64,000 nucleotides of DNA from Tubulanus polymorphus (GCF_964204645.1 NC_134025.1:25958299-26022298); one strand, 5' to 3'; numbered from the stretch's first letter, positions 13,101 to 27,770 are shown. Made by a program: numbers and translations. The notes: generated by a model from the letters alone, not told the origin.

Positions 13101-16100
13101 TAGTGAAATCTTGGTTTAGAAAAGAAAATTCATTCCTGTATAACTTTCGATGTTTACCAAATCGTAAAATCGAGTTCAGGGAAATGGCATCTACCCTAGA
13201 TATCTAAACTAGACTTGCACCGAAATCCTCTGTAATCTCGCTTTAGTGTAAATAATGATTCCGTTGGTTATTTAGTGCTGTCGTTAGAAATGCGCCAGGC
13301 ATTTTGACAAGCACGTAACTGTGTGAAGAGAGAAATCCCGATTTAAATGTTGTCTCAGTCATTATACGGTGATCATAATCTGTTTACTGTTGTATTATCT
13401 TCCTTCAAGACGGTGTCAGTGTTTATGTCAATTTTGTCAAGAGGTTCTTGATGTCACTCACTGTCGATAATTTGAGTCACGGCCCTAATTCCAGGTCGAA
13501 ATAAACAAACCACAACTATTCCGACCACGTTTGTAATTGAATTGCGGGTTTCAATAACTACAAATATTACAAAATCTTGTCTATCGGATATGATGTTGTA
13601 ACGGACCAAAATCTTATGAATTGATGGCTGCTTGTAAGATTCCTGAATGAAGCAACGTGTGTATCAAACAGAAGGTAATCGACTATAAACGACGTGAACT
13701 GTTCTGATTCGCAGGAAATTGTTCCGATGGTATCAGTCGTGGAAACGAATGCTTTTCTAGCCGGGGAAGAGAGAATTCCAGGCGATCGCATTACTGACTA
13801 GTGGCGACAGAATGACAAGTAGTTAAAACGATAGCATCTATACACGAAATATGTACGCCACATCCCTAACATCTATATCACATCCGTTTCATTATTTTTA
13901 CTCGAAACTCGAATGTTCATATTATTTCGATTGAAAGTGGAATAGGATTCTTTCAGAAATACGAATACTGAGATTTATGCACGTGAAAATAAAGAATATC
14001 TCAAGGAATTGTATTTTTGAATTCTGGAATCCACGAACACATTTTACTATAATGTACAACGGAGTTAGTACCCATTGATGCTTTTAAGTGTAAAAAATAA
14101 GTACTGAAATACGTTCTGCTTATCTGTGGTAAGGATATGAGGCCTGTTATCAAGTGTTATGTACCATTCGTCGGTTAGTCTAATAGTTGGTGTAGTAACC
14201 TTTCATTACCTGTAGGAATTTCTGGTCGTATATTAAATTTAGATAGATCTAAGACAAAGACAACTTTACTATTTTCTCAAAAATTCCGAAATTAGATCAC
14301 ATCGAAACAACCGTAATAATAGATAATAACAGACCATACATGCTTTAGAAACATCAACGAAATTTTTTGGGAGACTAAAGGCTAAACGAAACGGAAATTG
14401 TTGCAAGGATAAATTGTTAAAATCTCAGAATATAAGCGTCATCGATAAATACCCTAATAAAACAGTCAGTTTATTACAATTTTAAGGAGATAAGTATAAT
14501 AGCGATAGTACCGGTGTGTGCAAGAAAGGTGTTTAGTTGCTCGCAGATGGAGGCAATCTTAACCAGGTGAATTTGCCAGACTGTACATCACGATCTAAAC
14601 GTTTCGAAAATCTGTTTATAATTGAGTCCGTCATTATAAAACACGACGGTAAATGATAGACCAATGTTCAGTATCTTCGGCAGAGCTTTACGTTTAGAAT
14701 AACATTTTCTTTTATCGGGTGTATGTTACTAAATTAACCGTGTAAATTACGAAATAGTTTACGGATTCGGTTTAAAAAGAGATGGTATTCATTTTGAGTT
14801 CATAGACCACACAAAATCACCAGAATTCATAAACCTGATAATTATGAGACCTGTAACAGAATACACACCGGACCAACTCAACACCGTTTTAGAACCAAAA
14901 TAAGCCAAGATTATGGTACGCGCTTGTTGGTTACCATTTTCAAAAGATGGATTTTACTGCATGGTCAAAAACTGCGGAAACGGGACCTACGTATAAACTA
15001 TATCTTAAATCCCGACTCTGGACTTTACGCATCAATGGTCTTACTATTACGAATGCTTAGTTTTGTTTATTCGTTTTATAGGTGAATTTAATTTGTTATT
15101 TTTTCAAGAGTCCGCCTTGCACGTGTGGTTAATCTGTTTCGTGTCAAAACTCAAACGATTTTTACTCACTAAATGCTTATTCAATACTGCTGAACAAACT
15201 GTGTTTTGCTTGTGCTACGGTATGTCTGTGCTCAAAGCTTTTGTACGTTTTGTTGATTTTTGGTATGAAACAGGCGCCATGTCTTATTTTGCTATGTATG
15301 TATATTAAACAGAGCAAAATCCAGATCTATCCATTGGCATTTGCGAAGGAAGTTACCCAAGACCCATATGTTTTCACTTAAATGATATCTATAAATCTTA
15401 TGATCGAACAATTTTCAAACGTCTTCAGGAGTTTTCAATCATCATAATTCAAATTTCGCATGACACCCATGCATTTCTATCTTGTATATAATGTATAATA
15501 TCATAATTAGGAGTAAGACGAGTAACTATTGAATTGTAATCAGCTAATCGCCAGGTGTCCTGCGAATTAACTAATCGTTGTGTCGTATGAAAGATGACAC
15601 GTCAGTTAGTTTTTGACGACATACTTCGTAATTATCTGATTATTATCTGATCTTGATTATTATTTGCGAACCGTGAACGGTAATCAGAAAACTAGACATG
15701 TACTCACCGACTAAGCTATAACATTGTTTGGCAGCACCACGTTTCAATTCTATCCTTCCACTGTACAATTTTCACTTAAACGAATATTTTCTAAAGTTTT
15801 AAAACAATTTTCGGTATGTTGAATATCAATCCTAAATGTTTTGCACAAACGTCATTTGTGCACGCAAACTTCCAATAGTGTCAATAGTAACCAATAAAGT
15901 CGTATTTCATTGGATAACCAATCAAAGGCTATAATTTCTAATCAATCGTTTCTTTCTGACATCTATTCCTTGTGTTTTTCTTCTGTATATCGGCGAATAA
16001 TCCATTGTGCGATAAACTAGTTAGTTAACGAATCCATTGAAATCCACTGATTCGCCCATGATGTTTTTTGCATTCCGCATACGGTCAATCGTATAACCTT

Positions 16101-17464
16101 TGAACTTGTGAATTTGTCAATCCCGGGTAATTCCGAACCGGCGTCAGCACGATTATGGGTTCATTGCGCCATTCCGACGCCACAAATAATTCCGACAGTT
16201 TTCGCTTGTTAACTTTTCAGAAGGGATCGCTATATTCGATTCGCTCCGTGATTGGTTGAGTTGAAGAAGACTGTACTATTGAGTTGAAGTCTACCTATGT
16301 ACCACACACCTCACACATGCGCAGACGAACTCCCTAATGAAGGGAAATCCATGAACATAAGCGCTAAAAGTGGCACGGTCATGCCGAGCAAGTGCTAATT
16401 TACTCAAATAAACCCACGCGCAAACAGTTCATTTATCTCACAGTCCACTGCGTTTCATTGTTTGTCAATTTCAAACTAATTAAAAGATCTAACATCAACG
16501 CTGATAAATCACCTGACACCAACAAATTACAAACTGAGAAATCTAAAACAATTTCGAAAACAAAAAGACGTGAATGAAAATAGATGAGTTTGTTTGCTTT
16601 ACTGATTTATTGATAATTTTGATGATATCAATGGTCGAAATTGTTCTTAATTGAAAACATGTTTTTATAATATATATGATATATATATATATATATATAT
16701 ATGCTATACATGCTTTCAATAAAGAAACAATCTATTTTTTTTTAGATTAATGAGAGGATATTGTGAATGTGAAGTATGATCTTATTTTGTGAAGTTTGAT
16801 CTTATTTTTCTGTCGGAGCAATTTGACCGGAAATAAATCTGTGCGTATAGTATAGTTGATAATGACTAATGATATAAATTTAGATTAGATCTTTATTTGA
16901 TTCATTTATCGTCTAATTATATGGGAAACTGCGCCTTGAATTCACGAGAAATGAGCGTAATTTGTTGTTGAGGGACAAAATTAATGGTTATTGGATTTCT
17001 TTTTCGTGCAGAGTCGAAGAATTGCCTTCGAGCAATAGGACAAAACGGTTTTGTCCTTGGTAGGTCTAAACCTGCCAAGTTGCTACATGAAAATCTCGGG
17101 GTCAAATTCGCTACACACCTGCGAATGTCTTTACTCGTCGGACGCGCCCGCTGAGTAAGAAACATCCCAAACCTTTTACGAGAACTCTAATTTAGAGACC
17201 ACATGGACATTGCCTGGAAGCGTTGTACCAGTTCAACTATGAATTCGTCCATTTATAATAATATGAAGAGAACAATCGTCTGAATTCTGAGAAACTTGGC
17301 ATGATTTTTACATTGATTTTATTTGTCTAAAACTAAATTTGAAGTACCGGTATATGCAACACATTTTAACACATATATACGTATGGGGCGTAATTGAGAA
17401 ACGGAAAAAATTATAGCAGAATAATGAAAATATATGGAAGATTGCAGTTTTTTATGAATCCGTT

Positions 17465-18539
17465 TTACCGACATCCACAGCTTGTAACTACCATATCGTC
17501 GTACTTGCGAAGAACGACATTATCATAACCATCTAAGAACAACATCGATATAGGCGCCATATTGGTCGGAATACAGCACGTTTCTGGCGCACGATCATCA
17601 TCTAAAGAATGGATCAAAGTTTGCAATACGGCGTGGTTGGTACCGTTGAGGTATTCGGTCAAGGGGTACGGGCATTCTCCTTGGCACTGGTTAGCGTAGT
17701 ATCTTTGAGGTGCTACAACCCAGTTACCCCAGCCAATTGTATTGAAATCTACTTTCATTTGTCTCACGTGACATATGCTGGGGTAGTTCAGACGACTTCG
17801 ATCAGTAACTGATCTCCTGACGCGGTTATGATGCTGATAATGACCGCTTGAGCAATGTTTCTTGTCGACCGACGTCACTACGAGATGTGAATCATTCCAT
17901 ATACGATTGACTCCGATATATTCTAGACTGAACGATAAAGACCCGCTCTTGATGTCTTTGAAGTGCTCCGATATATTGAATTCAAAAGCTTTGTCCAACT
18001 TATTCGGTTGCCATCGCAGTTTTCTTTTTGATATGGTCGTTAGATAGAGTGGATAACTATCATCATCTAGCTGACCCTTTTCAATTCGGATTTTGGCATC
18101 TCTAAATTCCTCTCCTTTTGGCAATTGTATTGTCCTAAAATGCAACATCGTCATATTCGTGGATGATAGTTTGGTGCGAACTGAAAGAGACAGATGTATA
18201 TAGTAATTGGACATATCATTAGAGATGTCTAAAAATTTGAATCTACAGAAATTGATGTTTTGGTTTACCTTGGACTTTGGTAGCTCTGACGACATTTCCT
18301 GGTACGTCATCTGAGAACACGCATCCATTACTGTGATGAGGGTGGTCAGTGACCCGAATGTGTAATTCCTTCATAAAATTCGGCGTCACGCCCGTGTGAT
18401 GTTTCGGAATCGAAGGAGGTTTGCTGAGTCCAAGTTTCTTCAGGATAAAACGTTCATGGTTCCACTGGTGTTTTGATGCCAGAACGACTACTAGACAGTT
18501 TGTGAAACATAGAAGAGTTATATGTCTCAAACTCGTCAT
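17465..18539 (-). CDS. Vg1/univin/GDF1-3-like TGF-beta family ligand; coding exons 18539-18269 and 18180-17465
   Basis: Signal peptide MTSLRHITLLCFTNCLVVVLAS, phase-1 intron 18268-18181, RVRR furin site. The mature domain NWVVAPQRYYANQCQGECPYPLTEYLNGTNHAVLQTLIHS...MAPISMLFLDGYDNVVLRKYDDMVVTSCGCR carries Vg1/univin-type residues. Family assignment is secure; subfamily is from recalled sequences. Confidence 0.85.
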
Positions 18540-19966
18540 ATTTCGTCCGAGAATCAGCTTTCGTGTGCGCAATGTTGTCGAGACAGTCTTGAACGTCTCC
18601 AATTCCCACTAGCGAATGTTAAAATACGTATAACAACACTGGTTCTTAGTATCAGACGACAAAGCAAACCAAGTAAAAACTGTTAATGCGACGACAAAAC
18701 ATATTCGTCAACCTAATTCATCAGTTATTCAATATTAACATCGATGACAAAGCCAGATTAATCGCACCCATGGGCATATCCTAATCTTTCTCTAAACCAT
18801 AATTGTGCCAAACAATGTTGCCTACAAGTATTCGGAAGGGGTCAATGACTATTGATAGATACTGTTTGACTCGTCTTGCTATTCGCTTTAGCGCTTTTGG
18901 TTTATCTTTACCAAAGAGAAATTGGATATGAATATAGATTATTTTGATTCATCTTTTTCTTAGTTTTTCGTGATAATATGTGCAAGAACAATACATATTT
19001 CCGAGAACTGTGAAATGGCGAGTTAAACACGGTATGTTTTGTAAGTATCGTTCAGGGCAGATGCGCCTAATTAGTTCTGGAAATAAAACAACAAACACTC
19101 ATTAAAAAACAGTTGCCTCCCAGCGATCATATCCACGTGACTTCTATCGTTAAAATTCTCCGTATTTTCAACCTGATACACGGGAGTTAATGGAAGCGAT
19201 GACGACGGAAAGGCGAAGGAAGTGGTTGTAAGGAGGGCGGTCGCTCCTATTAGCACATCGAAAACCTATGCGCGGAACCTTACTTAAAGAAAAAGTACAG
19301 AAACACCAACAGGGAATTTATTTCGAGATGAATAACATATTTATTCGAAAAGAACAAAACAATCAATACAATTCACAATCAAAAGAGTTGATATTTTGGC
19401 AAACAAGAAATACTCTCGAAAAAAATACATGAAAAGCCATGCATATAAAATTTGCCACGATATGATAAGAAGTTTTCCAATATACGCAAGTATATTTGTA
19501 TATCAACTGGTAGATATATTTGAGAACAAGTAAATATTAAAAATTCAATCCATCTAAAACTTTAAATGCATATGATAAATTTCAATACATTTCGTTTCTA
19601 ATCTCATTGAAAAATTTCAACCATGGAAGACTTCGATTTACAACAAAAAGCAAAAATTGCTATATTTTTTTTCACAGAGGGCATTCTCAAAAATTTTCAT
19701 AAGTAGCAGTATTACCAAACTATCTTGTTAAACTCTTGACAACAGTATTACAAAATATGTATCAAATATATTGTCTAATGTTATATAAGTTTTGGTTAAA
19801 ATTGATACGAATTTAAGTAGTATACATGAAATATGGGAAAGGGAACTGCTGGGGAAACTATTCTTTCACTGTCACTATGTAATAAGCGAAGTGATTACGT
19901 AGAAAGTAGTTATTATCATTACTAATCCATATTAGCACAAAGCTTATTCCGTCTTATCACCTAATA

Positions 19967-22900
19967 TCACTTGTTTACTGAACTAAGAGGTGGTAAAGGC
20001 GTAGGGAACGGTTTTGAACTTCCAACTTTCTGTTTGTCAACGATAGTTGTAGGGATTGTGTCGTCTTGCGTAGTGTCAGCCGGGTCTAAAGGCGGTGCAT
20101 CCGTATCCCAAATCCTTATAGTTCCATCTTCACTGCAACTTACTATATACCTATCTGTCACCTAAAATGAAAATATAATTCATTATCGATGACGTTTACG
20201 AATGCTTTGATAATGCTCATTGCCTCAGCTGGATTCTCAAAATATTTTCACATAAGAAGATCGTTTTCAGTTTACATGTGCTGAATAACCCATTGAACCT
20301 TTTACTCTCAAGGGTGTTTCCTCCCCCCACACACACACACAGATCCCCATTTAATCTGTCAATCACCTGGAAAAACAGGAGAATTCAGTCAAATTGGAGA
20401 CACAAACACGATTGGCCTCATTCCTCATGTCTCGTGCTGACCTGACGAACAATACACGCTCAACATAAAATAACACACAACACTGAACTTTCAAATGATT
20501 ATCTGCAAGTTCTACCCAGTCCAGATGCATGTTTGATCAATATTCTTCTAAGCTGAGCGTTCAAATAATTTCTAGCATACAGGCAACTGTATGAATCTTA
20601 AACATTTTAGTGGAAAAAAAAATTTCAGAGTTAATCCACGGCTGATCTGCGTCTACACAGGCGCTAGAAAACTCTCCGAGTGTAACTAGTTTAAACTATT
20701 ATAGCGGAGACTCTGCGAGGATTATCAGTTCTAATCCAGCTGTTGCGTTGGTAAAACCTAGCCGGATCTTATACTCAGGTGCTGAGCCACAAAACAAACT
20801 CTGTGTTGACTTAGGAAAACATAGCAGCTTTGATGTAGATAGGAACATGTGTCTGTTAGTTTAAACTAAAGGTATAGACGCTATGAGAGATCAATTTTCT
20901 GAATGAAGTAGCACTACCTCACGCCACTACCACATATTTACTCATCACTTCAAATACAAATAAACTTCTCTCTCTCTCTCGTACAACATCTTGCTCTAAA
21001 CTCTAATCAAAAAGTGGTCAAGAAAATAATGACATCAAGGATGTTTTATTCTAAATGTTCTTCAACCTGATTGAAAAAACGATGACTTAAATATGAACAG
21101 ATGAAAACCTTTTTTAAGCCATTTTGAAAAAATTGACACAAGTCTATGTTTATTGTATTATGCACATCAGTGTCTGCAACAAATGGGAAATGTTCATTAC
21201 CACTAGTGGTTTGATTCATTTCGACAAGTAAATATCTTTCAGTTTTTTCATATTATTGTTATTCTATCTAATGGGACTCAAAAAGAATTCCTGTCAAAAC
21301 ACAAGCCTTCACATAATACATTATAATGCTCGGAATGTAAGCTAGCACTGTGCCAGTAAGCTGGCATAGGTATAGGCAATTCTCACCGTCAAAGGCTTCA
21401 ATAAATAAATTCATATACCCGTACCTCACAGCCCACACTATGCCTCATATAAATCAGATGTTTTAGCGCTTTTACTCAGAGATAAATTTCAGCTGAACAA
21501 CTGAATAGTACCGAATATTCGAGCAAGGATGTTTTTCTTGATAATGGCTAATAGTCCTAAGCCAAAACGTTGCTCAAAATATATTCCGGTGCTCTTTTAC
21601 TCAAAGACTTTACATATTTGGCTGAATAATTGTGGGTTTCTCTTCGATCTTTTTCTTACCTGTACATCTTTAACAGCTCCCTTGTGACCCTGTAGATATC
21701 GAACACATGTCAAAGTGTTCAGATCCCATTCTTTGAGTGATGAATCTCTGAAAATCACAATTTTCAAACTAATGATCATCATGCGAAAGTGATAACGGCG
21801 TACAAATTCGAAATACTTACGCTGAACCAGTTATAAAACGATTCTTGCTAAAAGACAATGAAGTAATAGCAGTTTTATGACATTCAATGGCTGCCTCTAT
21901 CTCGCCGGACAACTTGTTCCAGAAATAAACCTGGCCCTGATTATTAGATGATATTATTAAATCTCCAATAGCCTGCAGAGTAGAAATAGCGAAAGTGTAT
22001 CAGAAGATTGATATCAAGAAATAAAACTTTAGATGATTATTTGTATCTTTAGATGATTATTTGTAAACATTTTATTTACAACACCAGATTGAAGATGGCA
22101 GCACTGCCATACTCAAACCTTTGTATAAACTTACTATCATCGCTAGTACTGGTTCCGGTGTTCCTGTGAACAATTTCAAACACTCTCCCGAAAACATATC
22201 TGTCAACCTCAGCGTTCTATATGAGAAAATATATTATTGAACGTCAGTAAAAAAGTTAAAAAATGATACCAAAGCAATCAAATATGATAACGTATAAATA
22301 AATACCGATCAGAGGAACCGGTAAGGACACTACACCCATCAATCAGTTCCATACATGTGATAGCATCTTTGTGTCCGGACAGAACATTTATACATTCATA
22401 TGACTGCAAGCACCAAACGCGAACAGTTTTATCATGTGATCCAGATACTCTAGAAAACACATGAAAGAAAGTTGTTTGTATCAAACCCGATAAAAATCTA
22501 CATGTACCGGTATACGTTGTACTGTACTGTGGTACTACTTACAGATGATTAGAATTAAATCGAAGGCAAGATATAGCACCGCGATGACCGTGTAAAATCA
22601 TCCGACGATTAAATTTTACTAAATCCCAAACCTAGAAGAACGATATCAGTAACTAAAAACATGCGCTCACTGTTTTAAAGATTGACATGCCACTTTGAGC
22701 GAAGCTTATCCGAGCAAAGCCAATCGTGACTGTATAACTTACCATTATTTGCATGTCCCACGAACCAGTGAACAAAACTTTTCCCTTGAATTCTAAACAC
22801 CGAACTCCGCCCTGTGAAAATATTAACAAATCATGAATTACGAATAAATTTCCGCAAGCACTTAAAAGAATAGCCCTGCCAGTGATTGTTTGTGTACCAT

Positions 22901-25900
22901 GTGTCCATATAGTTTGTGAATACTGCGTCCACTGCTGATGTCCCAAATACGAACGCTTCGATCCATACTCCCGCTGATTAAACGCTTTCTATCACAACGA
23001 ATACAAAGAACTACATCCATGTGACCCTTAAATGAAAGAGAAAAGTAACCACTGTTAATATTCGTAATTTATGAAATTAAAACGAATTTGAATACAGCAA
23101 TTTTTACTTGTAGTCGTCTAACTCGGTGGATGGGTTTAACTTCACCGGCGTACTGTATTTGAGGGGTTTTAGACTCCAATGGACCTTTCTTCCATACCAG
23201 AAAATGACCAGGTGCTGACTTTCCCTATAAATATTGATAATAAATACAATTAACACCACTTCTACAATTACCTAGGAATTCTTTTCCGATAGGTCGGAGC
23301 GGAGCTTACCAGTAAATCTTTAGCTTGACGCAGTTCGGGTCTGATATCCAAAGCGGTCTCCCCCTCTTCGTGCTTACGTCTTCTCAGTAATGGCTTATCT
23401 TCTCTGATTTAAACAAAAACAGAATGTCAATATCTACTGAAATAACGAAATTTACGATTAAGCATATACATGGAATATTACTTACCTTGATAGAGGACTT
23501 TCATGACTTTCCGTCTCGTTCTTCATTTTGTCAAGTTTTCCTCTTACCGACATGCTACGCGACGATGCATTACCGTACGAGGTAGCCGTACCCGATGATC
23601 TGTACCTTCTTCTGTATCTGTACTGTCTTCTGGTGCTTCGTGTTGATTCCATTCCGGTATCTGCAACAATATGTACAAATAGGCAAATATTTTGAAGGTT
23701 TTTAGTGAAAATTAGAACTGCGTGATTCAACGTTTCATCCATACCTGTTCTCACTAATGAATATTCGTCCATGAACGTGCTTAAATCCTCATCGTCCTCA
23801 TCTTCTTCATCCTCGCGTATCTCCATCGTGCTATGACGGTTTTGTTTTAATACCGTCGGTAGGTTTCGCGATGCTCTACCTTTACTCGCGCTCAGACTCC
23901 CTAGAAAACATTTAAATCTTACACATTTCGACGAATACTGAATTGAAATATGATCTAAAAACCCATCCAGAAAGTGAAAGAATTCAATGAATATGACGAA
24001 TTGTGCCAAATATCTTACCTCCTGGTGTTGAAGCCTTTTTGCTCACACTGTCACCGCCTCCCAAGGACCTTCTATTGAATTGCATCTTACCATCAGGTGT
24101 TGTACCATCTACGGTGAGTATGTTTGGCTGATTATACGAGGTTTTTCTATCATCCGCTAGTTTATGTAATTCCGTGTACGCTAATCTCCAGTCAATACTA
24201 TGGTCGGTATTTCGGCCGTATTTTTCTACCAGTTCATTCATATCTGGTATACCTTCTTCTTCCCCTACAATTGTATCAAAATATATATCCTTTTCAAAAA
24301 AGGCTATACGCAAAAAGGCAAACGCAACACAATTAAATGGACATTAATTAATCTTACCCAATTCTTCACATTTTACCATCCACAGTTCGTCTCTACTGCA
24401 TAGATATTTCCAGCGTTTGCACACCTGAAGAAAATTCAGTCATCATGATTCATAAAGAACTAAATTCACTTACGTACAGTTGATGTACAAAAGATATACA
24501 ATTACCTGTGCCGCATTGTTCAAGTCACTGGAGTCTAGGTAGGTAAATATTTCCATCAATGTATGATCTTGTAGACGATTTATATCAGTTCTATCTTGTA
24601 ATCTAGAATATAAAGATATTGTAAATTTAAACAATGAAATTCAATGGTCCCCATCGACCCTTTCCCAAATGAGCAAGAGTCTAAAGTAATATCAGTACCT
24701 TTGACGAATACATTGAGCCATAAAGCTTATCAGTTCAGTCGAACAAATTTTCACAATTTCAACGAGAATGGACAACCGTTCATGACTTTGCCATCCAGAC
24801 ATCCACTAAAATTATGAAAAAAAAAAAAACATGATGACAGGCCTGGTGAAAACGAACACATATAGAATAGAAAAACAGACCTCTGTTATCTGGTCCATTT
24901 GTCTTTGAAAATGATTGCGTAATTTGCTTTTTTGAGCCTTCTCAAATTTTTTCCCATCACGAGGGGCATTTCCAAACCATTTCGAGTGCTTGTAGCACTT
25001 TTGTATCGGAACCATAATATCCTGAAGAGCTGGTGGTTTCCGTACTGGTCCCGAACGTATTTCACGCTGCATGCCACCTGAAACAGAATATAAACCTTTC
25101 AAAAAGAATGTCACTGTGAAAATGTAAGACAGAGTTAGCGCAATAATACTTACCTAATTTATTCATCTTTTGATCCGCAAAGAAATCTGCTTTCGTTCCC
25201 GATGAGCCTTGAGTCGGTCTGTGATAATGCGATGAATCAGCGAATGTTAAGGACGGTTTAAGTTTGGGGAGGGATGGACGAGGAGCAAACAGCAATATCT
25301 CTTCACTTCCAACATCGTTGTCCAATAAACCGGCAAGATTCAAATTCTCCATCTTGTCAACAACTTCATCCGTAGAATGAGTATTCTTTTCTTGTATAGA
25401 TTGCCAATTAATTTTAGGATCATTAGAATTGCCAGCACTTTTTTCCATCAAATCGTTGCTGACCTCAGAATTTTCCTCATTTACACTGGTTTTTTCCGCA
25501 AGATCTTTACAATGTCGGATTGCAGACACAATAATCCTCCCCGCAAACTCTCGGGCCAGCGACTTTATTTGATTGAGCTCATTATCACCGCCGGCATCGG
25601 TAGCATTTTCTTCTTCATCTTGTTCGGCGGGAATTGTGATTATTTCCTGTAAAAGGTTGTAATCTTCTTCGGCAATTTCAGGCAAGAAATCGACCTGGTT
25701 TTCAGCATTCTCCGAGCAATCGGCGCTTGATTCACTCAAGCTGCGAGCACCGGGCGGGTGAGATTTCTTCTTTTTCTTTTGTTTCTTCTTTAAAAACTTC
25801 AGCGAATCGCACGGATAACGTTTTTTCAGCGAGGTTATGAAATCTCGATGATTAATAGGTTCGATAGTCGTGCGAAGGGCTTCCAATTGCGAAACCGTAC

Positions 25901-26138
25901 ATTTATCGGTCAATCCGCACAGTAAAATGCGGCGCTGCCACGGCTGCCAACTTTCAAACCATTCTTCGATCTTCTTTAATATATGTTTGTTGACCAAATC
26001 CGATCGAGAAGATAACTGGATATCCTCCGTACTGATCTGGATCCCAGGCTGTAAAATGGACAGCGGCTGTAATAACCTTCTCGAGCCGTACGCTGGTCCC
26101 GGTCGTGCTGGCATGCTACTATTTACAGTAGAACACAT
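19967..26138 (-). CDS. Multi-exon F-box/WD40-repeat protein (FBXW family)
   Basis: F-box DINRLQDHTLMEIFTYLDSSDLNNAAQVCKRWKYL at ~24600-24400. WD40 repeats include GHMDVVLC..ISGSMDRSVRIWD, FTGSWDMQIMVWD, VSGSHDKTVRVW and VSCSEDGTIRIWD. Exons join through canonical GT-AG introns. Confidence 0.88.
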
Positions 26139-26520
26139 CTATATAGATCGTTTATTCCTTTTAATCTGAAAGATCAAATCAATAAAACGTTTGAATTGAA
26201 CTTCGATTTGACATTTTCATGATTTTGTAGAAACAGATTATAAATCAAAGAAAATGTCCCTAAATTCCGAAAGTTTTTACTAATGGACATGTTTCAAATT
26301 AAATTCTTCTTACGTTTTGTATCATAGCCAGGGCCTCCATGTGAAAATCTATTTTCATACAGGTTTGCATTTTTATTTATTTATCAAGTCAGTTTCTAAT
26401 GACAGCCAAGTGAAAGACCGTAAAGTGCTGCCATCTATGACTAATCGTATTTGTTTACTTCCTGGTTCTAAATTCTTTCGAGGAGTGGAGAGTGAAGTCA
26501 ATCTAAAGAATCAGCAGAAC

Positions 26521-26579
26521 ATGGCGTCACAGGCCCCGGGGTCTGTGATGCCATATCTGACATGGCGTCACAAGCCCCG
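26521..26579. promoter_or_regulatory. 34-bp near-perfect palindrome (ATGGCGTCACAGGCCCC/GGGGTCTGTGATGCCAT) plus an extra half copy, upstream of the FBXW gene
   Basis: Read directly at 26521-26554 and 26562-26579; a related copy lies at 39335-39391. A regulatory role is inferred from position only. Confidence 0.5.
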
Positions 26580-27030
26580 AGTAAAATGCAGACTATATGT
26601 ACTTTACGCGGAACGAAGATGTATGTTCGCGTCGAACGGACCACGTTTTTAAGTCCGATACGGCGTGTAAAACCTGAATGATATAATTTCAAGTACCGGT
26701 ATGTTAATGTGAAATGAATTTCTATTTAATTCTAATTCTTTTAATTTATTGTCTAAATTTATACACAATACCGGCACAGTACCCACAAATTTACAGAATG
26801 ATACGTTATTTTGAAGTATTCATCTCCGAGGGCAGTGCAACCAGTTTGAAAGAAAATTATATCCCGTTTTTACTTCATAACTATATTCATTTATGCATGT
26901 ATATATATCGAAATATTTGTACGTATGTCAAATTCTTCGAATACATTTTTTACAGGTTTCCGTTACGATCAGGAGATCATCAGCTATAATTTACAAAAGC
27001 GAATGGCAAGGCAGCCTGATTTTAAGAGCT

Positions 27031-27111
27031 TTTTTGTAAATGTATTTGCTTTTTTCTAAGACTAACTGATTGACAAACCATATAGAATGATTAATCTTTG
27101 AACATTTAAGA
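27031..27111 (+). repeat. Left copy of an ~80-bp direct repeat (right copy 38396-38474)
   Basis: tttttgtaa..gtatttgcttttttctaagactaa.tgattgacaaacca....aatgattaatctttga(a)catttaaga occurs at both sites with only a few differences. Confidence 0.9.
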
Positions 27112-27159
27112 ATTTTACAGTTAGTTCTCATTTGCGTTAAAGATGGCCCTATATTCACG

Positions 27160-27770
27160 ATGAATTCACTGATCAGTTGTCAAATATACGAATATGTAAT
27201 GGGGCTTGCAGTCTGTAGTAGTTCGTGGTTAATAGTAGCGATATCTCTAGAACGCGCGGCAGTTGTGCTCTTACCGTTCACATCTCGTTTGCTTTGTACA
27301 CCGAAATTAGCTAGATGTATTGTTTCGATAATCACTGCAGTGAATGTGCTGGTTTTATATCTCACACCCGGTTTGTCGATACATTTTCCCGACAAATATT
27401 TTGGATGTTACCACGAACTATTTCACCAAATAACATATTTTGCCATAACTGCCGTCCGCTTTAACTATACCGTTTTCTTTGATCATTGCGTCAAATTCTG
27501 TTATAATAGTTCAGTTATTTAGAGTTTCAAAAATGGTTTGTCTGATCAGAAAACTACAAGATCAAAACGTACAACAATAATGCCAGTTTCACTCGCATTT
27601 GCAATATTCATACTTCCAACCACTATTACTACATATTTGCCAATATCATTGGAGCAGAGAAGTTTTATATATGATATTTTCATTCAATTTCAAATGCTTA
27701 ACTATGTCATGAATTTTTACAAATATATATCTTTTGTTGGGACGAGAAATTCGTGAATATTTCTGTATGA
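27160..27770 (+). pseudogene. 5'-truncated, frameshifted rhodopsin-class GPCR (FMRFamide-receptor-like/GPR139-like type), TM3-TM7
   Basis: TM3 SSWLIVAISLERAAVVLLPF..CT..A, TM5 TIPFSLIIASNSVII, TM6 TTIM..LAFAIFILP and TM7 LNYVMNFY.Y fall in different reading frames, implying at least two frameshifts. No TM1-2 is visible upstream. Confidence 0.75.
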
